From IMG/VR virus record IMGVR_UViG_3300001041_000010: a stretch of DNA of 55,365 bases; one strand, given 5' to 3'. The translations under genes and the position numbers were made by a program. The notes under the pieces are model-generated. The model did not search any database. It had not been told where the DNA came from and saw only the letters and a program-made list of their open reading frames with translations. Source of the stretch: an uncultured virus (IMG/VR IMGVR_UViG_3300001041_000010) (lineage: Duplodnaviria > Heunggongvirae > Uroviricota > Caudoviricetes). Below are positions 37,229 to 46,431 of this stretch, in pieces. The first letter of the stretch is position 1, and every line of letters begins with the position of its first letter.

Positions 37229-37864
37229 TTACTTTGCTGTGGCTAATACTGTTTGAGAAATCGACTCAATAACAGTAAAGCTGTTAACTTTAAACTGTCC
37301 AAAACTACCATTCCGGAATTGGCCTAAACCCTTAAGTTCTCCGAAGTTAAGGATCTCTTTAATCGTATCACTCGTAATTTCCTTATGGTTTACCAGTGTG
37401 ATATCGAAAGATAATTTTGCACCAGCATGAACAACATCACTCTTGGCTAGTGTTACTCGTGGACCCTGCGCGGTCATAGCCCGTAATGGTCGCTCGAAAA
37501 CTGAATCACATTTCATGATATTAACGCCATTGCGGACAAATCGAATCTTGCGAGGCGTCACAAAGATGAAGTTTTCAAGCTTAGATTTAAGATTCTTAAT
37601 CTTAAGTTGATCCTTTAGATTGTTACCGGCATCACGCAGAAAACCAAGTATCATGTAATTATAGATAAATAAGCCATCTTCGTCTTCCATAAACGTTGTC
37701 CATCCGGAAGTATCGTCTTCAACGATATTCTGAGCTTCTTCGGCAGCTACTTCGGGTATCACTTTAGTGGCTATATATTTTGTATAAACGTCACGATTCT
37801 TTGGAACAGTTCCTAGTTGATCTTCAAGCAGCTCAATTTCTACTTTCATTACGGTCTTTTCCAA
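37229..37864 (-). CDS. stand-alone RAMP / Cas7(Csm3)-like RNA-binding protein
   Basis: N-terminal strand KVEIELLEDQLG, internal ILGFLRDA, C-terminal Gly-rich loop FGELKGLGQFRNGSFGQF; no other cas genes in the window. Confidence 0.8.
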   Translation of the reverse strand: MEKTVMKVEIELLEDQLGTVPKNRDVYTKYIATKVIPEVAAEEAQNIVEDDTSGWTTFMEDEDGLFIYNYMILGFLRDAGNNLKDQLKIKNLKSKLENFIFVTPRKIRFVRNGVNIMKCDSVFERPLRAMTAQGPRVTLAKSDVVHAGAKLSFDITLVNHKEITSDTIKEILNFGELKGLGQFRNGSFGQFKVNSFTVIESISQTVLATAK

Positions 37865-38054
37865 GTAAGTCTCCTCTTTCCTTTAAATCAGACACGCACC
37901 CAAAGCAAGTGATGAGATAGGACGGCTTCTTTTGGCTCCCTAGTTAAACTAGATCAAGACCTCGTCTCAGAAGTTATTCCGTTGACTCTTCTCAAGAGCT
38001 TGTATATTAAGCACCGGATTACTTAATATAAGTTTGTGCCTGAAACTTAATTAT

Positions 38055-38408
38055 TTAACAGTTACCGCCGGGGCCTGTGGCCTTCTGTAATTCTCGTTCG
38101 GTTTTCTCCCATGCTTCGATATCGATAAGTTCCGTAACGTCATACATTTGCTCATTGAGCCATACGTAGCAGGTATGACACTTAGTGCAAATCATAACCT
38201 GGAGTGAATCCTTAGAGACATTCTTTGTTTTATCCGCTCTCATAAAGGGAACAAGAACTTCAACGTAGCCGCCGTGTCTAAAATGAACATTGTCACATTG
38301 ACATTGAAAGAAAAATAAGTCACCAGCCTCGCTGATTTTCTTCGGTGTTACCTTTTTACTGAATTCATCAGCACCCATCGAGATCATAACTGCATCTTTA
38401 TCTGGCAT
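38055..38408 (-). CDS. zinc-binding hypothetical protein
   Basis: CQC..HFRHGGY..CTKC. Confidence 0.7.
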   Translation of the reverse strand: MPDKDAVMISMGADEFSKKVTPKKISEAGDLFFFQCQCDNVHFRHGGYVEVLVPFMRADKTKNVSKDSLQVMICTKCHTCYVWLNEQMYDVTELIDIEAWEKTERELQKATGPGGNC

Positions 38409-38481
38409 TTAATCCAACTCCTTTATTTAATTGAGATATCTCCCGCTCCCCGAAAGGGGAGGAGCGGGAGATTCGATACTC

Positions 38482-41400
38482 TTATTCGCTATCTTCAGTA
38501 GTCGTGTTGGTTGATTCGACGTCTACTTTCTTTTTATGAGAACGTTTTTCTTTAACTGGTTCCGGTGCTCCGAACCCTTTCATCATTTGTGACATCATCA
38601 TCATCGGCATCATGGATTCCATGCCTTCGCCCATATCACCACCGCTGAACATTGACATCATCATCATGGGCATCATAGCCGCCATGGGATCAACTGCTCC
38701 GTCAACTGGTGCTGTTCCGCCGAACATATTACCCATTCCGCCGCCCATCATTTGACTTATCATCATCATGGGCATCATTGCTTCCATTGGGTTTTTCTTA
38801 TCTGAACTACCATAACCAGGAGAACCTGGCTTTGGCTTACTACCAAACATATCGCCACCGCTGAACATAGACATCATGATCATGGGCATCATAGCCTGTA
38901 AACTACCGGTATTCGGCGTAGCACCCATCATGTTAAACATTGAAACAACTTTGATAAAGAAGTTCCAACCGAACATGCTGCGGCTTGGGACGATGGTCTC
39001 GATCTTCTCTTCGATGGGGTTAAATACCGAAATGTTTTGACCAACCTTAGAAATGACATAGTAAGGTTTGCCATTAGAGATGATTAAATCACCGGCCACG
39101 ACTGCTTGAGCAGGCATACGGAAGATCATGTTGTTGGCGTCGATTACCATTTCCATAACATCAATACAAGAGCCCTGTTCCGGATCATAGCACCGGTACG
39201 ATCCATTGTCACCTTTGATTGCGATACCCATCATTGAGAGTTTGAACATATCCGTTGTGTCTTTACCAATTGCGCTTCCGAAGATCTTTTCTAAATTCAT
39301 GCCTGCAAATGCCATTGTTTTTTCCTCCCTTAAGTCAGCGACCACTAGGTCTGCTGCTGTTAATGTTGCGCCCCATGGGCTAGTTAATACCGGATCTACT
39401 CCTGTTACTGGTATGGTTAATTTCGCGATATCACGAGATCCAATTTCGAATACTGGACTTACACTTCCGGATTTATCAATTGATACTAGTGGTATTTGAT
39501 GTGGCAAAATAGCCTTTGGAATAGGAACTCCAAACTTCTTAAACTCACCCCAATGTTCTGGGTAAAGAAAGACATTCCAATCACCAACACGGACGTTGAT
39601 TGCGCCATTATCATCGATCATTATAGTCCAATTAGATTTTGATTGATCTTCTGACGGATCATGACTATAAGCCGTTAATTTACGATGACCAGTAACTGAG
39701 TAATGTATTGAGTTAATCTTAAAATCATCTGGCACAACAATCCAACGAAAATCCATGCTTGAAGTATTTGGACAAAGTACTTTAAATTCGGTGCCAAGTG
39801 AAAATACCGACGAGATAGAAAAATCCAATTTAGGTTCTTTCTTAGCCGTTAATGCTTCCATGATTTCGGGCCAATCACTTAAGTCAATATTGAGCTGATA
39901 AGTGGAATTTGTAGTACGAATTACCGTGTGTGATTTAACTTCAAGAAGTTCCGTGAGCAAAATATCATGAACACGCGTTATCGTTGCCTCTTTTCCAGAA
40001 GCATAATGATACTTATTAGTATCAATCTTACTACCTTTAGGTACGGCAAACCAATTGGCATTACTATTGTCAAACTTATGATTATTTAAGATAACCGTAT
40101 CGATTTCAAGATCAGATTTTAAGAACTCGTCGAGCTTTAACTTAGAGGTCATATCTGGCTCTTGCTTCTTAATCGGCATTATGGGTTTAGGACATTTTCC
40201 AGAATAAGTCTCTTGAAGTTTAGGCCACATATCTGGGAAGATATCAATAGTAAAGTTACCAGCCGAAACTCTTAAGTTTCCATTACTTCCAACATAAACA
40301 TGCCAATCAGACTGATCTAGTACAGGTTCATGTTTGATCTCCAGGATACCTAGATCATTGTAATCAAGTTTATCCCAGTCCATATCTGGTGGAATTCCAA
40401 TCCATCCAAAACTACCGGCTCGTACATCCATATCATGTTTAGCCGATAAAACGCGGACTCTAGTTCCGACAGGAAATAAATCAGATAAGGTTTTCCTTGA
40501 TTCAACTTGCGGCAAAATAGCCTTAGGACAAATTCCTGGGTAAGCCGCATTAAGTTTTGGCCAATGTTCGGGAAAGATTCGAATACCATAATTGGCAATA
40601 ACACTCATAGAACCATTTGAATCGATAAGATGATGCCAATCTGATGAGTTATGCATAGCACTTTCATCGAGTTCACGAATACCTAAATCATCATATATCG
40701 ATTTATCCCAGTCCATATCTGGTGGAATTCCAATCCAAGTAGGCATATTATTAATAACCTTAAGATTACTCTTAACCTTAAGAACTTGGATCTTAGTACT
40801 GATTGGCATAAGGTCTAACATGGTCTTAGGTCTCATTTTGTAATTAATAGCGAACGCTTTGTCCCAGTCTTCGATATTAAAAACAAGATTGAAGTTATCC
40901 GTTATGATACGATCTCCATGGATTCCACGAACTGTCGTTGTATTGACGGATGGTAAATACTTATCTTCGATCATCCGATCCTGTTTAATACTTGTATGAG
41001 CAATTAATGGTAAGGCATATTTAACATTGCCTTCCGTATAACCACGTAAAATACCAATTCTAACAGTATCATCAACCTTGATGTACGTATCAGCTTTGGA
41101 TTTAGGTTCAGGTTTGGGCTCTGGTTCGGTCCAATCATCAACATCAAAGTTAGTTCTACCATGTCCATCAAGACGAACTACGAATCGCTCAGATAAATTA
41201 TCCGATATATACTCAACAATTTCATACCGTTCTGATCGAATTTCATATTTCTCTTGAAGTTTTGCTTCTTGCTCGGCAGATATTTCCGATTTGAGTGGTA
41301 TAGAAAAGAAGTTAGTAAAACGTTGATCGAAGATAAACGTCTTTAATTTACCAAGTCTAACTCCTTTTCCAACGGCCAAGTAATCACGAATAGATTGTAA

Positions 41401-42021
41401 TTTAGACTTACTCCAGTCTTCTGGATTGAAATTAATATCTGAGTAGTTATCCGTAGATAATATCGTTCGTTCGACGACTGTCAAGTCTTTGACAAACTTA
41501 ACACTAGAGACTGTGTCATCTTCAATTCGGATTTCATAATTCTCTAAGATTCTTTCTTCTTGGGAACTCGAAGTGGCTGATTTAAGTGGTAAGGCAAACC
41601 AATTAGCATCGTCGATATCGTCATATTGCTCACGATATAATTTCCCAACACGAACAGTATCACCAACTTCAAGGTATTCAGCGAGTGCGCCATCACCTTG
41701 ATCTTCAAGTTCATCTTCTTCCCAGTCTTCTGGATCAAAGTTGACATCATCATAATCATCCATAGTAATCGGTGTACGATCCTGCGGTGTTAGATCCTTG
41801 GTAATATCGTCGTCTACGTATTCAATTTTATAAGTCTCACCTTCGATTTCATACTTGGCCTTGAGCCTACGCTCTTGTTGGGATGTTGTGTTACGATGCA
41901 GTGGTAAAATAAAGGTATCTGCATCACCACCAAACGTGGATTCTCTTAATGTACCAATTCGAACTCTAGTTCCTTCTTCAATTGGATATTCTTCAAATGG
42001 TTGGTAGTTATAATCTTTCAC
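38482..42021 (-). CDS. 1179-aa modular protein with internal domain repeats and a Met-rich C-terminal domain
   Basis: Repeats VRxGxL..FxLPL..TSxxQE and WIGIPPDMDWDK; MMPMMMMS repeats; GAGAGGTGAG RBS, GTG start. Confidence 0.85.
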   Translation of the reverse strand: MKDYNYQPFEEYPIEEGTRVRIGTLRESTFGGDADTFILPLHRNTTSQQERRLKAKYEIEGETYKIEYVDDDITKDLTPQDRTPITMDDYDDVNFDPEDWEEDELEDQGDGALAEYLEVGDTVRVGKLYREQYDDIDDANWFALPLKSATSSSQEERILENYEIRIEDDTVSSVKFVKDLTVVERTILSTDNYSDINFNPEDWSKSKLQSIRDYLAVGKGVRLGKLKTFIFDQRFTNFFSIPLKSEISAEQEAKLQEKYEIRSERYEIVEYISDNLSERFVVRLDGHGRTNFDVDDWTEPEPKPEPKSKADTYIKVDDTVRIGILRGYTEGNVKYALPLIAHTSIKQDRMIEDKYLPSVNTTTVRGIHGDRIITDNFNLVFNIEDWDKAFAINYKMRPKTMLDLMPISTKIQVLKVKSNLKVINNMPTWIGIPPDMDWDKSIYDDLGIRELDESAMHNSSDWHHLIDSNGSMSVIANYGIRIFPEHWPKLNAAYPGICPKAILPQVESRKTLSDLFPVGTRVRVLSAKHDMDVRAGSFGWIGIPPDMDWDKLDYNDLGILEIKHEPVLDQSDWHVYVGSNGNLRVSAGNFTIDIFPDMWPKLQETYSGKCPKPIMPIKKQEPDMTSKLKLDEFLKSDLEIDTVILNNHKFDNSNANWFAVPKGSKIDTNKYHYASGKEATITRVHDILLTELLEVKSHTVIRTTNSTYQLNIDLSDWPEIMEALTAKKEPKLDFSISSVFSLGTEFKVLCPNTSSMDFRWIVVPDDFKINSIHYSVTGHRKLTAYSHDPSEDQSKSNWTIMIDDNGAINVRVGDWNVFLYPEHWGEFKKFGVPIPKAILPHQIPLVSIDKSGSVSPVFEIGSRDIAKLTIPVTGVDPVLTSPWGATLTAADLVVADLREEKTMAFAGMNLEKIFGSAIGKDTTDMFKLSMMGIAIKGDNGSYRCYDPEQGSCIDVMEMVIDANNMIFRMPAQAVVAGDLIISNGKPYYVISKVGQNISVFNPIEEKIETIVPSRSMFGWNFFIKVVSMFNMMGATPNTGSLQAMMPMIMMSMFSGGDMFGSKPKPGSPGYGSSDKKNPMEAMMPMMMISQMMGGGMGNMFGGTAPVDGAVDPMAAMMPMMMMSMFSGGDMGEGMESMMPMMMMSQMMKGFGAPEPVKEKRSHKKKVDVESTNTTTEDSE

Positions 42022-42084
42022 GAACTCACCTCTCTTTATTTATATGTTTCCCCTCCCGCAAGGGAGGAGGGGAAACATATTAGA

Positions 42085-42888
42085 TTAATAGTTGGCTAAG
42101 ATTTCTAAGGCCTGCACTTTAGTTTTAATCTTGCTGGCACAGGCTTTATTTTGATAATCGTTTTCTGGACAATAACCTAAGACCTTACAGCTAGGCCCGG
42201 CGTTGACAAAGAGATCGGGAGCAGCCTGTTTGCATAAAGCCAACATCTTGTTTGCCATGTCTCTGATTTCTTCTTGCGCATTAACACACGTTCGAATTGT
42301 AAACCAGTCAAGTAAGGCATGAGCATTCATTCCGATAAGGGCCTTAAACTCCGTAGCTTGCGGCTTCATAAAACGAAGATCCTCTTCAGGTAGATTCATA
42401 ATAATTCCTTGAGCGTACCATTCTTCGAGGATTTCTAAGATCTGAATTGTATTTAGATCAAGGTAAACGAATTCATCTTGGATTAAAATCGAGACATCAT
42501 TACCACTTTTAAAGAACAAAGACTTAACGGGTATCTTAACTCTTGCTTTAACATTCATAATACGTTTAGGCATAACGACACTGTATTGGCGATTACCAAG
42601 CTTAGAGCGGCCGGATTTAATGATATACGATGCAATTCTTTTACGTACGAGTTGAACTTCAGTGGTTCGTGAGAAACCTTCTACGCCAAAGATAAAGTAA
42701 TCGAATTCTACGGCCGCCTTATGACCTGAGTTTACAATGTTATTAACGATCTCCTGATCATAAGGAGAAGCTACAATTTCGGCCAAAGATCTTTCAGACC
42801 GAACAAAACGTGCAGCGAGATCGGTATATGTTTTTCCGCCCCCTGCAATTAACATGACATTACCTTCACCAACATAAGTTATTTTCAA
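42085..42888 (-). CDS. thyX: FAD-dependent thymidylate synthase
   Basis: GHKAAVEF, FSRTTEVQLVRKRIASY, EDLRF, MNAHALLDWFTIRTC..AQEEIR. Confidence 0.9.
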   Translation of the reverse strand: MKITYVGEGNVMLIAGGGKTYTDLAARFVRSERSLAEIVASPYDQEIVNNIVNSGHKAAVEFDYFIFGVEGFSRTTEVQLVRKRIASYIIKSGRSKLGNRQYSVVMPKRIMNVKARVKIPVKSLFFKSGNDVSILIQDEFVYLDLNTIQILEILEEWYAQGIIMNLPEEDLRFMKPQATEFKALIGMNAHALLDWFTIRTCVNAQEEIRDMANKMLALCKQAAPDLFVNAGPSCKVLGYCPENDYQNKACASKIKTKVQALEILANY

Positions 42889-43793
42889 GTAACGGCCTCC
42901 TTGACTTTCTTTACTTTAGGTAAAATACCGGCCTTAATTAAAACACTAACAGCATTAGGCTCGGTGATTGCCTGAAATTGCGCATAAATATCGTCGAATG
43001 AATAATTGACTGCTTGGTTATACTTGTCTTTATATTTACTTCCAGGATAACTCTCGCGTTCGACAGTGGTAATATACGTTAACGGAATACTAATAGGATA
43101 ATGATCCTTTTCGCTATTATGGCGATAACCAATTATACTAGTAATAAATCGATAAAGATCATTACTGTTCTCACTATAAAGTTTCATCCCAACGACTAAC
43201 GTTTCGATTTGCTTTGTCGATAAGAAACAAAGACGTAACGGCTCACTATAACTATAAATAGCATAATCATGAGTAATCTTATTAACTAGATCATCTTTGA
43301 GTTTATCAGCATCAAAATTAAGAAGTTTCTGCGTTTCTTCAGGTAAGGCGTTATATTCAGCAATTTGCTTAAACACCTTCTGAACTGGGATTTTATAATC
43401 ACAACGCATCGTCCCTAAGAATTCACGCACTTGATAATAGACTGATCTAGGCGCTTGACTACGCAACATAGTCATACACTTAGTCATAACTATTTGATCG
43501 TCGGTCCTAGACGTTACGACGTCTGCTTCATAAGGATCAAGAACAATTGTATGATATTCTTGGGTACTAAACTGAACAATACCTGTTGGATAATACCGGT
43601 ACCAATGATAGTATTTATAACCATCTTTGTGCATCGGAATCTCTTCGAAACATTTCATGAGTTTAATCCGTAAATCAGCCACTATTTCATCGCACTCTTC
43701 AAGAACCTCTAGAATTTTAATGGCCTTGAAGAGATGCTCAATAGGCTGCTCGAAGACTGAACTACATTGTATTAATTCATAGCCGCTTGCCAT
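42885..43793 (-). CDS. hypothetical protein
   Basis: ~300-aa ORF, AAGGAGA RBS. Confidence 0.75.
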   Translation of the reverse strand: MASGYELIQCSSVFEQPIEHLFKAIKILEVLEECDEIVADLRIKLMKCFEEIPMHKDGYKYYHWYRYYPTGIVQFSTQEYHTIVLDPYEADVVTSRTDDQIVMTKCMTMLRSQAPRSVYYQVREFLGTMRCDYKIPVQKVFKQIAEYNALPEETQKLLNFDADKLKDDLVNKITHDYAIYSYSEPLRLCFLSTKQIETLVVGMKLYSENSNDLYRFITSIIGYRHNSEKDHYPISIPLTYITTVERESYPGSKYKDKYNQAVNYSFDDIYAQFQAITEPNAVSVLIKAGILPKVKKVKEAVT

Positions 43794-43816
43794 GATCATC
43801 TCTCCTTAGCAATTCA

Positions 43817-44560
43817 TTAGATTCCGATGGCGAAATCCATAAGGCCTTTAAGTGATGCGCGGACATCCTTAGAGGCAATGGAAATATTGAGTTTAGCTAA
43901 GCGAGATTTGTCGCTGCATTCATTGCTGTATTTACTGACGTTGCGGACATACGTCTGAGCTTTAGCAATTAACTCTTTAACGCCTTCGTCCTTGTTAACG
44001 GCTTTCTTCCAGGTGCGTTCGGCTTCATTGACTTTGCGAGTTAAGCGAGTCGTTGCAAGACCGTGCTTGGTATTTAACACTCGATATTCTTGCTGTGCAA
44101 CTTGTTTCTCGGCATACGTTAAATCAGGGTCTTCAAGCCATGGTGATTCTGGTGCATTCAAATCATGTTCGTTCAAAGCTTCTTTGGCTTCCTGCCATGC
44201 ATCATAAAGCATGCGAGTGTTTGACTGATCCGCCAAAGCCTCAAGACGTTGATCTGTAAAGATGCCACCACCGTAGTAATTATTATTACTGAAGAAGTTA
44301 ACAAACTGAGACATTTCTTGACTATGATTATTAAGGCGTGAGATAACGCTGTCTTCCCATTCTCCAATAATCTTTATGGCAAAGTCTTTCTCGTCCTTTT
44401 CTAGTTCTCCCGTATGGTCGCCGATGGCTTCGATGGCAGCACTGAGTCCACTGAAGTCGATATCCTTGAAGATATTAAAGACATTGGTTTGCAATTGAGC
44501 TCCAGCCGAGATAACTAAACCTGTTTCTTGAGTCTTAACATTACCGACGTTTTGATCCAT
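43817..44560 (-). CDS. hypothetical coiled-coil protein
   Basis: 247-aa ORF, GAGGAG RBS. Confidence 0.75.
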   Translation of the reverse strand: MDQNVGNVKTQETGLVISAGAQLQTNVFNIFKDIDFSGLSAAIEAIGDHTGELEKDEKDFAIKIIGEWEDSVISRLNNHSQEMSQFVNFFSNNNYYGGGIFTDQRLEALADQSNTRMLYDAWQEAKEALNEHDLNAPESPWLEDPDLTYAEKQVAQQEYRVLNTKHGLATTRLTRKVNEAERTWKKAVNKDEGVKELIAKAQTYVRNVSKYSNECSDKSRLAKLNISIASKDVRASLKGLMDFAIGI

Positions 44561-44662
44561 GTTAATTACACACTCCTCTATCGTATTACATTTAGTGTTA
44601 CCAATTGTGATTAAAATATACTAATGTCCCCTCCCAAAAGGAGGGAGGGGACATTGTAAATT

Positions 44663-44732
44663 ATAGCCATGTGAGGATCAAACTCACGCATCACCGTTAT
44701 TAACGGGACTCTATTCACTGAGCTAATGGCTA
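44663..44732 (-). ncRNA. pseudo-tRNA with a 3-nt anticodon loop
   Basis: UAGCCAU/AUGGCUA; GCUC/GAGU D stem; CCGUU-AAU-AACGG; GUGAG-UUUGAUC-CUCAC. Confidence 0.6.
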
Positions 44733-44955
44733 ATATTATTAAATAGTACTTGCAATACAAAGACTTAAAATAACTAGGTACTCGTCTAGCCGATTCATCG
44801 TCGGTGTTTTTATATATAATCCGTTCGCGTCTTCGCATGTCATCCCCTCCGCGTTGCTCGTGCAGATTCGACTTACTTGGGAGTCTTCAATTGTTTCGAC
44901 TACTAGGTTACTTATAATGAGCATTTCCCTAAGTTACTTAAGCATGCTTTCGTAT

Positions 44956-45630
44956 TTAATGCAGTTTAAATGGATTTTTACGATTCTCATTCATGAGCTC
45001 GGAAATATCAACGACAACGCAATTCTTAAGCATCTCTGCAAGGTTCGGAGGCAGATTACTAGGTTGAGCTGGAGTTTGACTTGATTGACAATGACCACAA
45101 CTACATGGTGGCGCTTCCGAAGCGGGCGATGAGCTACTCGGAGTAGGATCAGTCGCTGCCTTGGGCATTGTTAGTTTCGATAGAAAGTCCTTGATAGAAT
45201 TATCTACACTCTTGACGACTTCAAAGCTATGCATAGCAGAACCAGCCAATTGAAGAATCGCCATAACCATGATCCGCGGATCACTCTGACCCGATGCTAG
45301 ATCGGCATTCATAAGCTCCTTAATAAAGGCATGGATCTTATTTCGCATTTCGTTTGCTGCTTTTTCAGCTTCATTGTATGCTCCTTCATTAGGATAAGAA
45401 GCCATTATCTGATGTAAGGAGAAAACCTGAAGTGATTCGAGGACTTCATAACCCTCAATATTAGGATTGGCTTCGTGGAACTTATTAGTAAATTCTGTTA
45501 AGCCGTTTACGGTTGCTACAAGATTAGCCTGGTGAGGCGTTAATTCCGGTTTTGCTTGATTCATGATTCCTGAAATAATCTCGCGTAGTTTTTCACTTAA
45601 ATCACTCGGTAATTGTTGCATTAGTAGCAC
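44956..45630 (-). CDS. hypothetical helical protein
   Basis: ORF track. Confidence 0.7.
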   Translation of the reverse strand: MLLMQQLPSDLSEKLREIISGIMNQAKPELTPHQANLVATVNGLTEFTNKFHEANPNIEGYEVLESLQVFSLHQIMASYPNEGAYNEAEKAANEMRNKIHAFIKELMNADLASGQSDPRIMVMAILQLAGSAMHSFEVVKSVDNSIKDFLSKLTMPKAATDPTPSSSSPASEAPPCSCGHCQSSQTPAQPSNLPPNLAEMLKNCVVVDISELMNENRKNPFKLH

Positions 45631-46009
45631 TCTCCTCTTTATTTTGGTTAGAAATTGATTCTACGATCGATGCGCTGATAAGACTTTCAAGCGATGTAGC
45701 GATACTAAGTACAATGACTTCGCCTGGAAACTGATTCTTCTTAGCTATCTCTTTAATGGCAAGTAGCATATCAAAACCAGCATCACTAAAACTTTCAATG
45801 ATCTTAGTGGCTTCTTCTGCTCCGTGTTCATCTCTCATAATATCATACATACTCTGAGAGATAGCACCGGACATTCCAGCAATAATGGCTGAGATATCAA
45901 ATTTCTTAGGCGAAGTAGTAACTAGATCATAAATTGCTTTCATAACGGTGTCTAGTACTACATCACGACTTTCAATATGGTCAGCGGGTAAATAATCTTC
46001 TCTACTCAA
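45602..46009 (-). CDS. hypothetical protein
   Basis: ORF track. Confidence 0.65.
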   Translation of the reverse strand: MSREDYLPADHIESRDVVLDTVMKAIYDLVTTSPKKFDISAIIAGMSGAISQSMYDIMRDEHGAEEATKIIESFSDAGFDMLLAIKEIAKKNQFPGEVIVLSIATSLESLISASIVESISNQNKEESATNATITE

Positions 46010-46334
46010 TCGGTGTCTCTTCCTTTCTCAACGAATCAATAAGATACATATTCACCATGTTTAGAGCGACAGACTGAACACCCATAGATACAGAGACTTT
46101 CTTATTGTAGAGTTCAAGGCATTTCAAAATGTACTCAGCTTGCTTAGTTGCCTGGTCAATAACGCCTTCTACGGTAAGCTCTTTAGGTGTTGACTGCATA
46201 ATAACATCAATGATAAGCTCTGAAAAGGCAGTGACTAATTCCTGTGATGTAACGCTTTCGTTACCCTCAAGAAATTGATCAACTGCCTTCGATAATTGAA
46301 CTGCTAGTCCATCTTCTTCTGATACTTCTGGCAT
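46002..46334 (-). CDS. hypothetical protein
   Basis: AGGAGG RBS. Confidence 0.7.
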   Translation of the reverse strand: MPEVSEEDGLAVQLSKAVDQFLEGNESVTSQELVTAFSELIIDVIMQSTPKELTVEGVIDQATKQAEYILKCLELYNKKVSVSMGVQSVALNMVNMYLIDSLRKEETPIE

Positions 46335-46431
46335 AAGTTTAAGCCTCCTAATTCAGTACAAATATTAATTTGATTATACCATTAGAGGCACTTTATGTCA
46401 ATTAGTATTACAAATTGTAATGGTTTACAGT

